Assembly: GCA_964473715.1 (NCBI GenBank)
Contig: CAYYQC010000001.1
Coordinates: 60,674 to 124,673 of the forward strand
DNA length: 64,000 bases
Direction of reading: 5' to 3'
Origin: an uncultured Gammaproteobacteria bacterium
GTDB taxonomy: Bacteria > Patescibacteriota > Patescibacteriia > Magasanikbacterales > UBA922
Shown: positions 9,846 to 19,430 of the stretch, piece after piece
How the letters are laid out: every line of letters starts with the position of its first letter
Position numbering within the stretch: position 1 is the first letter of the stretch
Position numbers and translations under genes: made by a program
The notes under the pieces: generated by a model
Told to the model about the DNA's origin: nothing
Database searches by the model: none
The model's input: the letters and a program-made list of their open reading frames with translations, nothing else

Positions 9846-10373
9846 AAGTGCCGCTCTTTCACATCGTTCGCGTGTGAATAGAGGGCAAAGGTCACCTGAA
9901 CCGTAGTGTTAGGGATAATAGACACCGAATGGTGTCCAGCAGAGCCCCATCACTACGTAGATGGGGAAGAAAATATCTTAATAAAATATCTTCTTCCCCA
10001 TGGTGACCTCTTCTAGAGAGGTGCGTTATAACCTAAGCTGTAAAGAGAGGTATGTATCTCACCTTTCGGGGAGACAGTGGTACCCTGTTCTGGGCCAGAT
10101 TGTCTGGTTCAGGACAGGAGACCGCTTTAAATTTTAACTGAAAAGTATACCATTATTAGACGAATTTGTCAAGGGGGTTATCCACTCCCCTTAGAAGAAG
10201 CTCAATCACCTGGGAACCAACTATATTGATTACCAAAGGATTGAGTGGGAGCGGCTTTTCGAGCTACTCCCAGCCGTGTCGCTACCCCGTGGGCAGACCG
10301 ACTCGACTGAGCAGCAAAAAGCCACTCCCTCCCCCCTTGTGTCCCGCGCGAGCTAGCGCTGCGGGACGATGTC

Positions 10374-11342
10374 CTAGAACTTGTATTCGACCTGAAGGCC
10401 GAATTCGAACAAGCTCAGCACCGAGGCGTCCTTGAAGGACATCCCTGGCGCGATGTTTGGGTTGACTCCACCCTCACCGTAGAGGGTGAAGAGGCCAGCG
10501 TAGGCCGAGGTGGAACGCGAAAGCGCCAGCGGGCGGAACTCCGCTCGTGCGTCGATCGCGATTCCCCGAATGTCCCAGCTCCAAGCCGCATCTGGACCCG
10601 ACTGGGTCCAGCGTGCGACCAGGTAAATCCCGAAAGCTTCCCGGGCATAGCCCAGGAGCCACGAGACCTCCCCGCCGATCTTACGGCTCGTTTCCGACCC
10701 ATCGCCGGCGAGACCCATCAGGGCCCCGACGGTGACTGCCGTCCGGAAGTCGTAGACTCCCAGCTGGATACCGGCGTAGACGTTCTGGATGGAGGTGTTG
10801 CCCCCCACCAGACGGTAGCCGGTGCCGACGAGCGGCGAGATGTGAACGATGGACTGGGGCGGGGCGTCGCGGCCATTGCGAACGACCGCTCGTGTGCCAT
10901 CCTGACACTCGATGGTTGCCCCGCGCATGGTCTGGTGGACCGTACAGGACTTGCCGTCCTGACCGTTGCTTCCATCGACGCCGTCGATCCCGTCGCACCA
11001 TTCGGCCGCGGTGCCATCTCGGCACTCGAGCCGGTGGCACTTGCCATCGGTGTCCGTCACGTCGGAGATACTGCAGGAGCTCTTCGTGAGCTCCTCGAAC
11101 TCCTTGCGCTTCTTCTCGCGCGCGCGGAGGTTCCACTCCGCCCACTCCTCGCAGGAGATGGGATCGCCGTCCTGGTTCCGACCCCAGAAACCGGGGCCAT
11201 CCGCAGAACAGCAGAAGGTGGAGGTGAAGGCGCGGGACTCGCAACGGCCGACGCAGTCGGCCCCGTCGTTGCAGGTCTCCTCGGCCTGCGCGCTGAAGGT
11301 GAGGACGAGGAAAGCGAAGAAGAACATTACGAAACGAACCAT
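10374..11342 (-). CDS. high-GC secreted Cys-rich protein with a C-terminal OMP-like beta-barrel signature
   Basis: Signal peptide MVRFVMFFFAFLVLTFSAQA. Cys-rich N-terminal region with GIDGVDGSNGQDG. C-terminal alternating-hydrophobic strands ending ...LQVEYKF (terminal Phe). Confidence 0.55.
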   Translation of the reverse strand: MVRFVMFFFAFLVLTFSAQAEETCNDGADCVGRCESRAFTSTFCCSADGPGFWGRNQDGDPISCEEWAEWNLRAREKKRKEFEELTKSSCSISDVTDTDGKCHRLECRDGTAAEWCDGIDGVDGSNGQDGKSCTVHQTMRGATIECQDGTRAVVRNGRDAPPQSIVHISPLVGTGYRLVGGNTSIQNVYAGIQLGVYDFRTAVTVGALMGLAGDGSETSRKIGGEVSWLLGYAREAFGIYLVARWTQSGPDAAWSWDIRGIAIDARAEFRPLALSRSTSAYAGLFTLYGEGGVNPNIAPGMSFKDASVLSLFEFGLQVEYKF

Positions 11343-11656
11343 GGTGTTTCTCCGTGCCCAGCAGCGCTGGGCAAGTTTGGGTGTAACCTGAGTTGTACGG
11401 TACGCTTGCCCAGGGGAACCCCTAGGCTTTTGTTGTTGGTCACCGAAGTGGCCATCTCAATTCCCTTCTATACTAGATAGAAAGGTACTAAAATGGCGAT
11501 TTTGGCTAAGATTAGCGACGATTTGCCTATTTAAAAACAACAAACGAGTATAGCATTTTTTAGTGATTTTGTCAAGCCTGTTATGGATATATACCCTAAA
11601 CTAAAAACCCTCTCTTTACAAGAAGGTTTTTATAATTACCTGTTTCTAGACCATGG

Positions 11657-14600
11657 CTAATCAATCCATTTTTTTCCCCCAAACTTACCACCCACCACCC
11701 CGCCCAAAAGTCCAATGATACCTCCTACATATTTCTTCCATTTCATAGGAGTTTCACCTAGGCGTTTCATTTCTGAGTTAACTTTATCTTGTGTACCAGT
11801 ACGTTCTTTAATAAGTGAGTCTAAGATAAATTTACGCTTACCTTTTTCATCTTCTTTAAAATATTCTATTTTGCGCAGCTTGTATAACAAATTTTCCACT
11901 TCTAATTTTAGACCAGCCTTACCATTGAATTGACCAGTGAATAAAGCTACATCCAAAGTATTAATATATTCTTGAAGATCTGTATTCTTTAATTTTTCTT
12001 TTTTCTCTTCATCATCAAGCTTATCAATTGCAGCCATGTCATTAATAATTTCTTTAACCCCTTTAACCGTTTTCTTAGTTTCTTTTTTCAAAAAATCTTT
12101 AACTGTTTCTGCATCTAAGTGCGCACCAATTTCACCACCAGCAAGCATACCACTTACACCAAGAATAATACGTCTAGATAGAATAGAGGAGGTAGTAAGC
12201 GCAATACCAAGACCAATACCCATGGCACCAGATACCATATCGCCTTTACGACGCAATTCTTTGGACTTAGAACGCGCCCACATGTATTTACCTTTTATTT
12301 TATCAATCGCAATACCCAGATTACCTTTAGGGTCTGCTCTACCAGAAAACTTACCATCACGAGAACTATGCGCCTTATCTGCATCAGAATAATTTTTATC
12401 AATATCTTTTTTCATAGCAGATGCAGCGTCGCGCGAATGATTGAGTTTATGTAAATACTTATCGAGTAAAGCCAGACGTTCACCAGCAATATCACCCTGT
12501 TCATGATATTGCTCACCAATAGTATGTGCAGCTTCAATACGAAGCAAGTACAAACCAGCAGAATCACGTGGATCTAATCCCCCTTTTCTTTCTTTGGCCG
12601 AACGCTGCAAAGTGGCCTGCCGAATACCTTCAGAAAGCCAAGCAGCCATGCTTCGCATTTTATATTCATTTTTAGCTTTAATTTCTTCAAGAACTTGATT
12701 ACCAATTTTTTTCTTCTTATCAGAATCACCTTTTTTAATATCTTCTTCTCCAACATTATCAATAAATTTAACAGTGCGGTCCCGCCAACTTGTGAGCCAA
12801 CGATTGGAAAGTTGTGCGGCTGATGTAGCCATAACCACTGAAGTATCGTCATTCATTTTAAATTCATCTTCTAAATATTCTCCAGCCACCTGACCAGCTG
12901 CACCACCTGCCACAAAAATACCTAGACGCAAGCTACGTTTCTTAGCCAAACCCCAAGTTTTTCTCCAATTCATTGAGTTAAAAAAACCATCAGTCGCCTC
13001 TTCGATAGTTGTTTTTCGGTCATCATTCGCAGCTTGTTGAAAAATTGGAAATACTTCTTTCCATAAACCACGTTTCTGTTCTCCTCCTACCCACATTTCT
13101 TTAAATTGATCTACAGTAAGATTATTTTCTTTTAATGCTTGAGAAAACTTACCCATAGTAGATTTTTCATCAGCAGACTCCACTACATCTTTAAATAATT
13201 CAATGAAGGCAAGCTCAGCATCGGTCTTATTTTTAAAAATCATTTCCGATACTCCAGCTAATTTTTTACTCAAATCACCAGCTGGATTTGTGTCAGCTTC
13301 ATTAATAAGCATTTCCAAAAATACTCCAGAATCAATATTAACAATTGGTTTAGGCTCACCACCTTCAACATCTTTCCACTCAGGCTTTGGCAAAGCACGC
13401 GCGTCAGGCGCTTTTTCTTCATGATGACCATGCGCGTGTCCGTCTGCGTGTCCATGCGATTGTCCATGTGCATGACCACCACCATGACCCGCATCATGTT
13501 TGGGTGCGGCATGAGACGCAACTGTTTTGGCTGCAGGCGCAGCATGTTTTTCTTGGTGTTTTTCGGCTGGTTTTGCATGACCCTTATCGGCAGGTTTATG
13601 TGCATCAGGTTTTGCATGACTGACTGCGTGATCTGATTTATGTCCATGATCTTCACCATGACCGTGTGCAACACGCGGATAAATATTTCTATAATCCACA
13701 TGAGACATGAGTGTGTCCCAAGTATCTTGAAAATTACGAACAGTTTTAATGGCACGATTAAAAGAAGATTCAATTAAATCTTTTTCTATGTCATCGGCAT
13801 GAGCATCTTCAATTTTGTAAAGCGCAATGTATTTGGCAAAACCGCTAGCATCACCTTTTATTTCCGCCTGTACAATCTCATGACGATCATTAGGTTTTTC
13901 AGAAACAAAAGTAATGATTAAATCATGATTGGGAGCCACGGAAATAGTATCAATTTTAAAACTTGGAATAATTACTTCCACGGTTTTGCCTAAATACTCA
14001 AAAGTACCTTTTTCTTTATTTAAAACATTTAGTTTAACCGAAGACTCCAGTTCTGGTTCTTCATGATGTTCTTCATTAATTTCCTCAGCTGGAACAATGG
14101 CCACATCAGAGGTTTTTTTGGCTTTTTGCCACACTTCCATTTCTGCTCGCAAGCCTGAAAGTAACGAAGGAATTTCAGTAAGCGGCTGACCAGTTTTTGA
14201 GACCTGAGATAAACGATCAGAGAGAGCGCCATCAATTTTATAGAGAAGTTCAACCTGTGTAACTTTTTTTCCTGCAAAATGAATTATCATTGAAACATCA
14301 ATGTTGGTATTTTCATCCTTCTGCGAATAATCAAATGAAATAAAATTTTTACCTGTTTTAAGAGGAGTCTCTAATTCAAATCCATCTGGAATATCACCAA
14401 AATTTATAGTATGATCAGGATCACTTTCTAAAGTAAGACGATTGAATACCTCATCATAATCTTTAATTCCTTCCAATGATTGCAGAATTTCTTTTGATGT
14501 TTTTGGTTCGTTTTCTACACGTGGCTGTGGTGATTTTACTTCAGGTGCGATTGGAGCAGCCGCAGGTTGTGGCAAATTATCAGTAGTAGGATTGATTAAA

Positions 14601-15970
14601 TCTTTTTTAAATTGTTCAAAAAAAGCTGGCAAATTATCTACCACTGGTTTGGCGCAAATTTTGCGATAACTAACACTAGTATCATAATCCTCATCATCAT
14701 TACGTGGAGAGGAAGTAGCCGAAATAAGTTCTCCCTGCTTATTAAAATAAATTTCAAAAACCGCAGCATATTTATATGCGTTTTTTTCTGGTACTTGATT
14801 ATAAGAAAAACGAAGGTGACCATCTTCAGTACCTGCAGTCAGGGCCTGACTATTGTAAACATAATTACCAGGTACATCTTTAAAATTAATTTCCCCACCA
14901 TCTAGTTTAAGAACAGCATTTTCACTATTATATTCTTTGACACCCTTAAGTTTTTTAACAAACTCACTATCACCGCCCATGACGTCTGCAACTATTCCAT
15001 TTAAATAAACCTTAACATCTAATCTCAGATTATCTAAAGTGGTTGGTTTTGAATAGGTACTTCCCGCCCTACCGTATCTGGTAATTTGAATGTAACCAAG
15101 ATCATCTAAAGCACTGATTTCTATTCTGTTTTCTTGACCGTTAGTTATTTTTCCCAAATTTGGAGAAGGAAAATCAATCACTAAAACCGACTTATTATCC
15201 TTTTTAGTAAAGGATGTCACATAAGACATTTTTTCACCGATCAATCCTTCTGTCCATTCATTAGCCCCAGCTAATAAATCTTCTCCATTGCACTCGATAC
15301 CTTGCTCTGAAACAGAGATACCTGTGGAATTTTCAAACTCATCTTTAAGCGTAGGCGCTTCAGCTTGAATACCTTTCAATTCTTGAATTCTTTTCCAAAA
15401 AATTTCAACATTATTATCAGCGATTTTATCCAATTTTAGATTACTATAAATACCAGTTCTACTTTGCAAATACTCAAATTGCAAGGGAGTAAACTTAAAA
15501 GAATATTTTTTCAATAATGTTTTAAACTTAGACTTATTATTCTCTTGAAACAATTCAGAATCTGGTTTGATGTCTAACAATCTAATGGCAGCATCTACAA
15601 AAGCAGTTTCATCACTTTGAGTTTTTTCTGCTTCACGTTGTTTTAATAATTCTTTTCTAATTTCAAGTAAATTATTCAAACTATCATGAATAGCTTTAAA
15701 CGGCTTGCCTCCTGCTCTGGCAAGCACTTTGGCATTCTGCAGCGTTTCAACTTCATCCTTAATCAGATCAATTTCCTGAATAGTAATACTTTTTTCTGCT
15801 TCAATTTTTTGCAGCAACTCTTCAATTTCTTCATCAGAAATAGAATCAGTTTTTTTTCGGAGTTCTAAAAGCTGTGCAGCAGCGTCATTGCCTAAACGAT
15901 TTTCTAATTTTTTTTCTGAAGCCGCAACTTCTTTTTTATTCGGACCAAGCCATTTTTCAAATAATCCCAT
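11657..15970 (-). CDS. giant (1437 aa) cytoplasmic or membrane-associated protein. N-terminal coiled coil, internal His-rich low-complexity segment, C-terminal glycine-zipper amphipathic/TM segments. Function unknown.
   Basis: Uninterrupted ORF with no signal peptide. HGHGEDHGHKSDH...GHAHGHHEEK stretch. GxxxGxxxG-type segments GIGLGIALTT and GGIIGLLGGVVGGKFGG. Confidence 0.75.
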   Translation of the reverse strand: MGLFEKWLGPNKKEVAASEKKLENRLGNDAAAQLLELRKKTDSISDEEIEELLQKIEAEKSITIQEIDLIKDEVETLQNAKVLARAGGKPFKAIHDSLNNLLEIRKELLKQREAEKTQSDETAFVDAAIRLLDIKPDSELFQENNKSKFKTLLKKYSFKFTPLQFEYLQSRTGIYSNLKLDKIADNNVEIFWKRIQELKGIQAEAPTLKDEFENSTGISVSEQGIECNGEDLLAGANEWTEGLIGEKMSYVTSFTKKDNKSVLVIDFPSPNLGKITNGQENRIEISALDDLGYIQITRYGRAGSTYSKPTTLDNLRLDVKVYLNGIVADVMGGDSEFVKKLKGVKEYNSENAVLKLDGGEINFKDVPGNYVYNSQALTAGTEDGHLRFSYNQVPEKNAYKYAAVFEIYFNKQGELISATSSPRNDDEDYDTSVSYRKICAKPVVDNLPAFFEQFKKDLINPTTDNLPQPAAAPIAPEVKSPQPRVENEPKTSKEILQSLEGIKDYDEVFNRLTLESDPDHTINFGDIPDGFELETPLKTGKNFISFDYSQKDENTNIDVSMIIHFAGKKVTQVELLYKIDGALSDRLSQVSKTGQPLTEIPSLLSGLRAEMEVWQKAKKTSDVAIVPAEEINEEHHEEPELESSVKLNVLNKEKGTFEYLGKTVEVIIPSFKIDTISVAPNHDLIITFVSEKPNDRHEIVQAEIKGDASGFAKYIALYKIEDAHADDIEKDLIESSFNRAIKTVRNFQDTWDTLMSHVDYRNIYPRVAHGHGEDHGHKSDHAVSHAKPDAHKPADKGHAKPAEKHQEKHAAPAAKTVASHAAPKHDAGHGGGHAHGQSHGHADGHAHGHHEEKAPDARALPKPEWKDVEGGEPKPIVNIDSGVFLEMLINEADTNPAGDLSKKLAGVSEMIFKNKTDAELAFIELFKDVVESADEKSTMGKFSQALKENNLTVDQFKEMWVGGEQKRGLWKEVFPIFQQAANDDRKTTIEEATDGFFNSMNWRKTWGLAKKRSLRLGIFVAGGAAGQVAGEYLEDEFKMNDDTSVVMATSAAQLSNRWLTSWRDRTVKFIDNVGEEDIKKGDSDKKKKIGNQVLEEIKAKNEYKMRSMAAWLSEGIRQATLQRSAKERKGGLDPRDSAGLYLLRIEAAHTIGEQYHEQGDIAGERLALLDKYLHKLNHSRDAASAMKKDIDKNYSDADKAHSSRDGKFSGRADPKGNLGIAIDKIKGKYMWARSKSKELRRKGDMVSGAMGIGLGIALTTSSILSRRIILGVSGMLAGGEIGAHLDAETVKDFLKKETKKTVKGVKEIINDMAAIDKLDDEEKKEKLKNTDLQEYINTLDVALFTGQFNGKAGLKLEVENLLYKLRKIEYFKEDEKGKRKFILDSLIKERTGTQDKVNSEMKRLGETPMKWKKYVGGIIGLLGGVVGGKFGGKKWID

Positions 15971-15975
15971 ACCGC

Positions 15976-16170
15976 TTATTTAAACTGAGAAATCTTTTGC
16001 AAAATATTGTGCAATTCTTCTTTGTCAGAAAAATTTTGTTCTTCTACTCGAAGACGTTTCATTTCAGTGCGAATAATTTGCATTTCTTGTTCAGCTCTCA
16101 AAAGAAGGTCAATAGTATGCCTCATTTCTTGGCGTTTGGCAGCCTTATCTTGAGATTGAACAGAAATCAT
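15976..16170 (-). CDS. small coiled-coil protein (64 aa)
   Basis: Heptad-like charged sequence. A 5-nt gap separates its stop from the start of the giant gene (same strand). Confidence 0.45.
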   Translation of the reverse strand: MISVQSQDKAAKRQEMRHTIDLLLRAEQEMQIIRTEMKRLRVEEQNFSDKEELHNILQKISQFK

Positions 16171-16172
16171 AA

Positions 16173-16502
16173 TTATTTGGTGAATATTTCCCGAGATTCT
16201 TGCTTGAATTCTTCAAGTGCTTGGGCAGCTTTGACCTCATAATCTGGTACATGTTTTTTCCAAAAATCCGCCCATTCTTGTGGAGTTGGGTCACTATCGG
16301 TAAGTTCTTGAAATTCTTGAGAGGCATTAGTAGGTACAAATGGCAAAAGCGCAGCTCCCAATCGAATTTCTAAGTTATGTACAATTCCAGGCAAATATTC
16401 TGAACGCTCAGTATCATTTAAGTTATCAATTCCAAGATCAGTAAGAACTTTTTCTGCAAATTCTTCTAAAAAATATTTTGGTTCGTTGGCCATATTAGGC
16501 AC
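16173..16502 (-). CDS. hypothetical acidic protein (109 aa)
   Basis: Tight spacing or overlap with the flanking operon genes. Confidence 0.5.
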   Translation of the reverse strand: MPNMANEPKYFLEEFAEKVLTDLGIDNLNDTERSEYLPGIVHNLEIRLGAALLPFVPTNASQEFQELTDSDPTPQEWADFWKKHVPDYEVKAAQALEEFKQESREIFTK

Positions 16503-17085
16503 GAGGTTTAGAAACTATAAAGGCAGCAAGTAAGACACCAGCAATAAATCCGATCCCTGCATTCGTAATTGGATTTGGTTGTACTGGAAAGGCGGTGGCA
16601 ATTGGAGGATTAACTACTTTAAGTATAACATCACCACCCACATATTCCCAGCCTTTATCCACCAAAGTTTGTGAAAGCGCGGCCGCTAATTGACGCGCAG
16701 CGGCTGGATCTGGACGATAAGCACTAACAGAAATAATTCCAGTGTTATATACCATTGAACCTTCAACCATCTTGCTCCAAGCACGACGTTGCTGGCGCGG
16801 GGTAAGCTTGTCATAACCGCTCCAATCAAGAGTGTTTCCAGCCGTCACACGCACTTTGCGGAAAAAATCATCAGTCATCATGATTTCCACTAAATTTTCT
16901 CCCATACGTTCCGTGGATTTAATCATGGTGTACGGATCTACCCCATAACGAGTTTTTGGCATAACCAAAATCTGCGCATCTGCACGATAATTCAGTGGCC
17001 AGATAAACGTGGCGCCTGCGGAAAATACCGCGGCAATTAGTCCCATGAGAACGAGAAATTTCCAACGGTGCCAAAGTGGTGACAT
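16495..17085 (-). CDS. two-TM Wzz/CpsC-like (polysaccharide co-polymerase-like) protein
   Basis: N-terminal TM followed by a P.Y.A.A.ILV-type motif, then a C-terminal TM GIGFIAGVLLAAFIV. Confidence 0.45.
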   Translation of the reverse strand: MSPLWHRWKFLVLMGLIAAVFSAGATFIWPLNYRADAQILVMPKTRYGVDPYTMIKSTERMGENLVEIMMTDDFFRKVRVTAGNTLDWSGYDKLTPRQQRRAWSKMVEGSMVYNTGIISVSAYRPDPAAARQLAAALSQTLVDKGWEYVGGDVILKVVNPPIATAFPVQPNPITNAGIGFIAGVLLAAFIVSKPRA

Positions 17086-17101
17086 AGACAGGGGGTTAAA
17101 A

Positions 17102-18151
17102 TTATTTAGTAATAATTATTTCAATGGTTTCTTCTTGACGAAGCACGGTAGCGGTAAAACTCTCTGGCGCAAGCGTGAGCAATTCCACAAAATTTTCACG
17201 TGTCACATTTTGATTATTAATTTTTATAATTTGATCACCTACTTTAATTGGATGATTAGCCGATGCGCGGGTAATTTCAGTGATTAAAAATCCAGCTGAT
17301 TGCACAAAACCTTGTTCACTGGCGGTAAGTTCTACAAAAGTACCGCGCCAATCAAAACTCCACACTGGAATAGTTTTAGTGTTAGCGGCTAATTGTGAAA
17401 TAATTTGATTAATCATCCACACGGGAATAATTTTTTGCTCTGGCGCAGAAAAACCCACAAATTCGCCGCGGTCAGTAATTAATACTTGTTGTGATTTACT
17501 AAGTTCACGCAAAGTGTAAACAGTTTTATCCACTGACACTGTAGAAATTAAACCACTCGGCATCACAGGTTCATCAATAGTGGCCAAATGCCAATCTGAA
17601 CTTCCGCTCCAAACTAAACGGCCAGGCGTAAGCGCATTTAAACCAGCAAATACAGTGGTAGAACGAAAATTCGCGCCACTAAATTTAATATATACTAATT
17701 GTCTTTCAGGATCAGGAATAAATCGTTCCACCGCTAATCGTTGACCCTGGTAATCAGTACCTACTAATGAGGCTTTATTAAAAGCAGTTGACCATGGTGC
17801 TACACTCCAACCTCCTGCATTTACAATTACTGCAGTCGTAAGACGCGCGGTTTCAGGAAAATATTTTTTATTCACGGCTTTATTTTCATCGTAAACCGCA
17901 ATTAAACGCGGACGCCAATCTCGCACAACATTTGAATCTAGTACTGGACGTGTAGATGCGCGTGGAGCAGCATATTCTGCGCTAGAAGTAAGACCAGTAG
18001 GATACCAAGCATTAATCATAAGCAAGGCACCTACTGTGCCAGCTGCTAAACCACTAATAACTGCAATAATAAGCAATAATAAACGCTGCATATAATTATG
18101 ATGCGGCACTGAACAGGCGGGTGGCGGCAGATGTGGCGGAAATTGTTTCAT
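17102..18151 (-). CDS. membrane-anchored PDZ-domain protein (HtrA-like architecture but no GNSGGP catalytic motif seen)
   Basis: N-terminal TM. C-terminal PDZ-like IKVGDQIIKINNQNV... Confidence 0.55.
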   Translation of the reverse strand: MKQFPPHLPPPACSVPHHNYMQRLLLLIIAVISGLAAGTVGALLMINAWYPTGLTSSAEYAAPRASTRPVLDSNVVRDWRPRLIAVYDENKAVNKKYFPETARLTTAVIVNAGGWSVAPWSTAFNKASLVGTDYQGQRLAVERFIPDPERQLVYIKFSGANFRSTTVFAGLNALTPGRLVWSGSSDWHLATIDEPVMPSGLISTVSVDKTVYTLRELSKSQQVLITDRGEFVGFSAPEQKIIPVWMINQIISQLAANTKTIPVWSFDWRGTFVELTASEQGFVQSAGFLITEITRASANHPIKVGDQIIKINNQNVTRENFVELLTLAPESFTATVLRQEETIEIIITK

Positions 18152-18915
18152 AAAAACCTAAGAATAGAGAGGAAAAAACCAAACAAAACAGCGTTGATTA
18201 CTAAAAATTTACGCTGTTTAAACCAAATGATATCACGATTACCAAAATGAAATCTCATGAGCAATTGTAAAACATACCAGAGCCACGTAATAATAAGTGC
18301 GCCAGCCAAATATCCAATTGAACTTAAACCAATAATTAAACTAGCCTGACCAATTAACACTCCCATTACAGAGAGTGGCACAAAATAATCTTTTAATCGA
18401 GCTTGAAAATATAATGACCATAATAAAAAGCTGGCAAGAGTGGCAAATCCAGCTTGAATAAATGGACTAATAATTGTGGTAAATGTGCTGGGGAAAAAAA
18501 CCACGCGCGCTTCTATGAATGCGCAGAATCCAAATAATGCGAGTGCAAGTGCCGCAGACACAGCGCGACGAAGTGGTTTTTCACGCACAAACACAATGGG
18601 TGCGGCCACACGTCTACTCCATAACATTATTACCGTTGCACCAAGTACACCCAAAGTAGTAATTAAAACTAAAGCCGAAGGCCACTCCACCACCACAAAG
18701 AGTGAGAGCAAACCAAGTTCACTAAATCCATATAACCACCAAAAAAAATGTCTAACACCAGCATGACTAACTATAAAATATAAAATCGCACCAAGAATAA
18801 TAAAGGTTGGCACTAATGCCCACCACTGAAATTGAAATAAAACAACGGCACCAAAAAAAGCGGCCGTGATTGTGGCTACCAAAAATAAAGCAAATTTTTC
18901 ACCAAATTTTATCAT
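18148..18915 (-). CDS. polytopic integral membrane protein, function unknown
   Basis: About 8 hydrophobic helices. 4-nt overlaps with both neighbours. Confidence 0.6.
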   Translation of the reverse strand: MIKFGEKFALFLVATITAAFFGAVVLFQFQWWALVPTFIILGAILYFIVSHAGVRHFFWWLYGFSELGLLSLFVVVEWPSALVLITTLGVLGATVIMLWSRRVAAPIVFVREKPLRRAVSAALALALFGFCAFIEARVVFFPSTFTTIISPFIQAGFATLASFLLWSLYFQARLKDYFVPLSVMGVLIGQASLIIGLSSIGYLAGALIITWLWYVLQLLMRFHFGNRDIIWFKQRKFLVINAVLFGFFLSILRFL

Positions 18916-19394
18916 ACAGCCGCCACTGCGGTTTGGAGTTTTTTAATGATTTCTTTCCAGGCAGTTATTTTTTCCTCGTCAGATTTTTTAGGGTCAGTAT
19001 TGGTAAACTCAAGCGCGGCTTTGAGATGCGCGTCGCGAGCATTTTCTGGAACGCGAACCAAAAAGAAAAAATCATTTAATATTTTTGACGCTTTGGCAGC
19101 AGTAATGTTTGACTCCATATTTGATTCCATATCAGCAGCCACCACCGCCAACTCACTTTGATATGAAGAAATAATTTCGGCCGGGGTACGTTCAGGGGGC
19201 AGAGTTTCCACTGGCTGATTGCTTAATGAGTCAGGTAATACTTGGCGAAAGCGTGGCCAAGCTATAATGGCCACAATAACAAAAGTAAAAATCACACCAG
19301 CCATAAGGAAGTGTGGAACTTTTGAATGAGTAGATAAATCCATAGAGATAAAATAATTGTCCGTAGTATACCGTATAGAGGGGGTAAGTTGCAA
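18912..19394 (-). CDS. single-TM membrane-anchored protein (160 aa), first gene of the operon
   Basis: TM segment MAGVIFTFVIVAIIAW. Charged C-terminal domain. Confidence 0.5.
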   Translation of the reverse strand: MQLTPSIRYTTDNYFISMDLSTHSKVPHFLMAGVIFTFVIVAIIAWPRFRQVLPDSLSNQPVETLPPERTPAEIISSYQSELAVVAADMESNMESNITAAKASKILNDFFFLVRVPENARDAHLKAALEFTNTDPKKSDEEKITAWKEIIKKLQTAVAAV

Positions 19395-19430
19395 AAAATC
19401 GCTAACTCACCTATTATTACTCTAGTTTTT

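Noticed and set aside
8350-11480. Many overlapping ORFs on both strands inside the high-GC island (e.g. 8393..8713, 8448..9881 +, 8858..9400, 9205..9432, 10681..11244, 10842..11480 +)
   Set aside because: Stop-codon paucity in GC-rich DNA generates long spurious frames. Their translations are Arg/Ala/Pro-rich low complexity without signal or domain logic. Only the two signal-peptide ORFs (8493..9845 and 10374..11342) are coherent.
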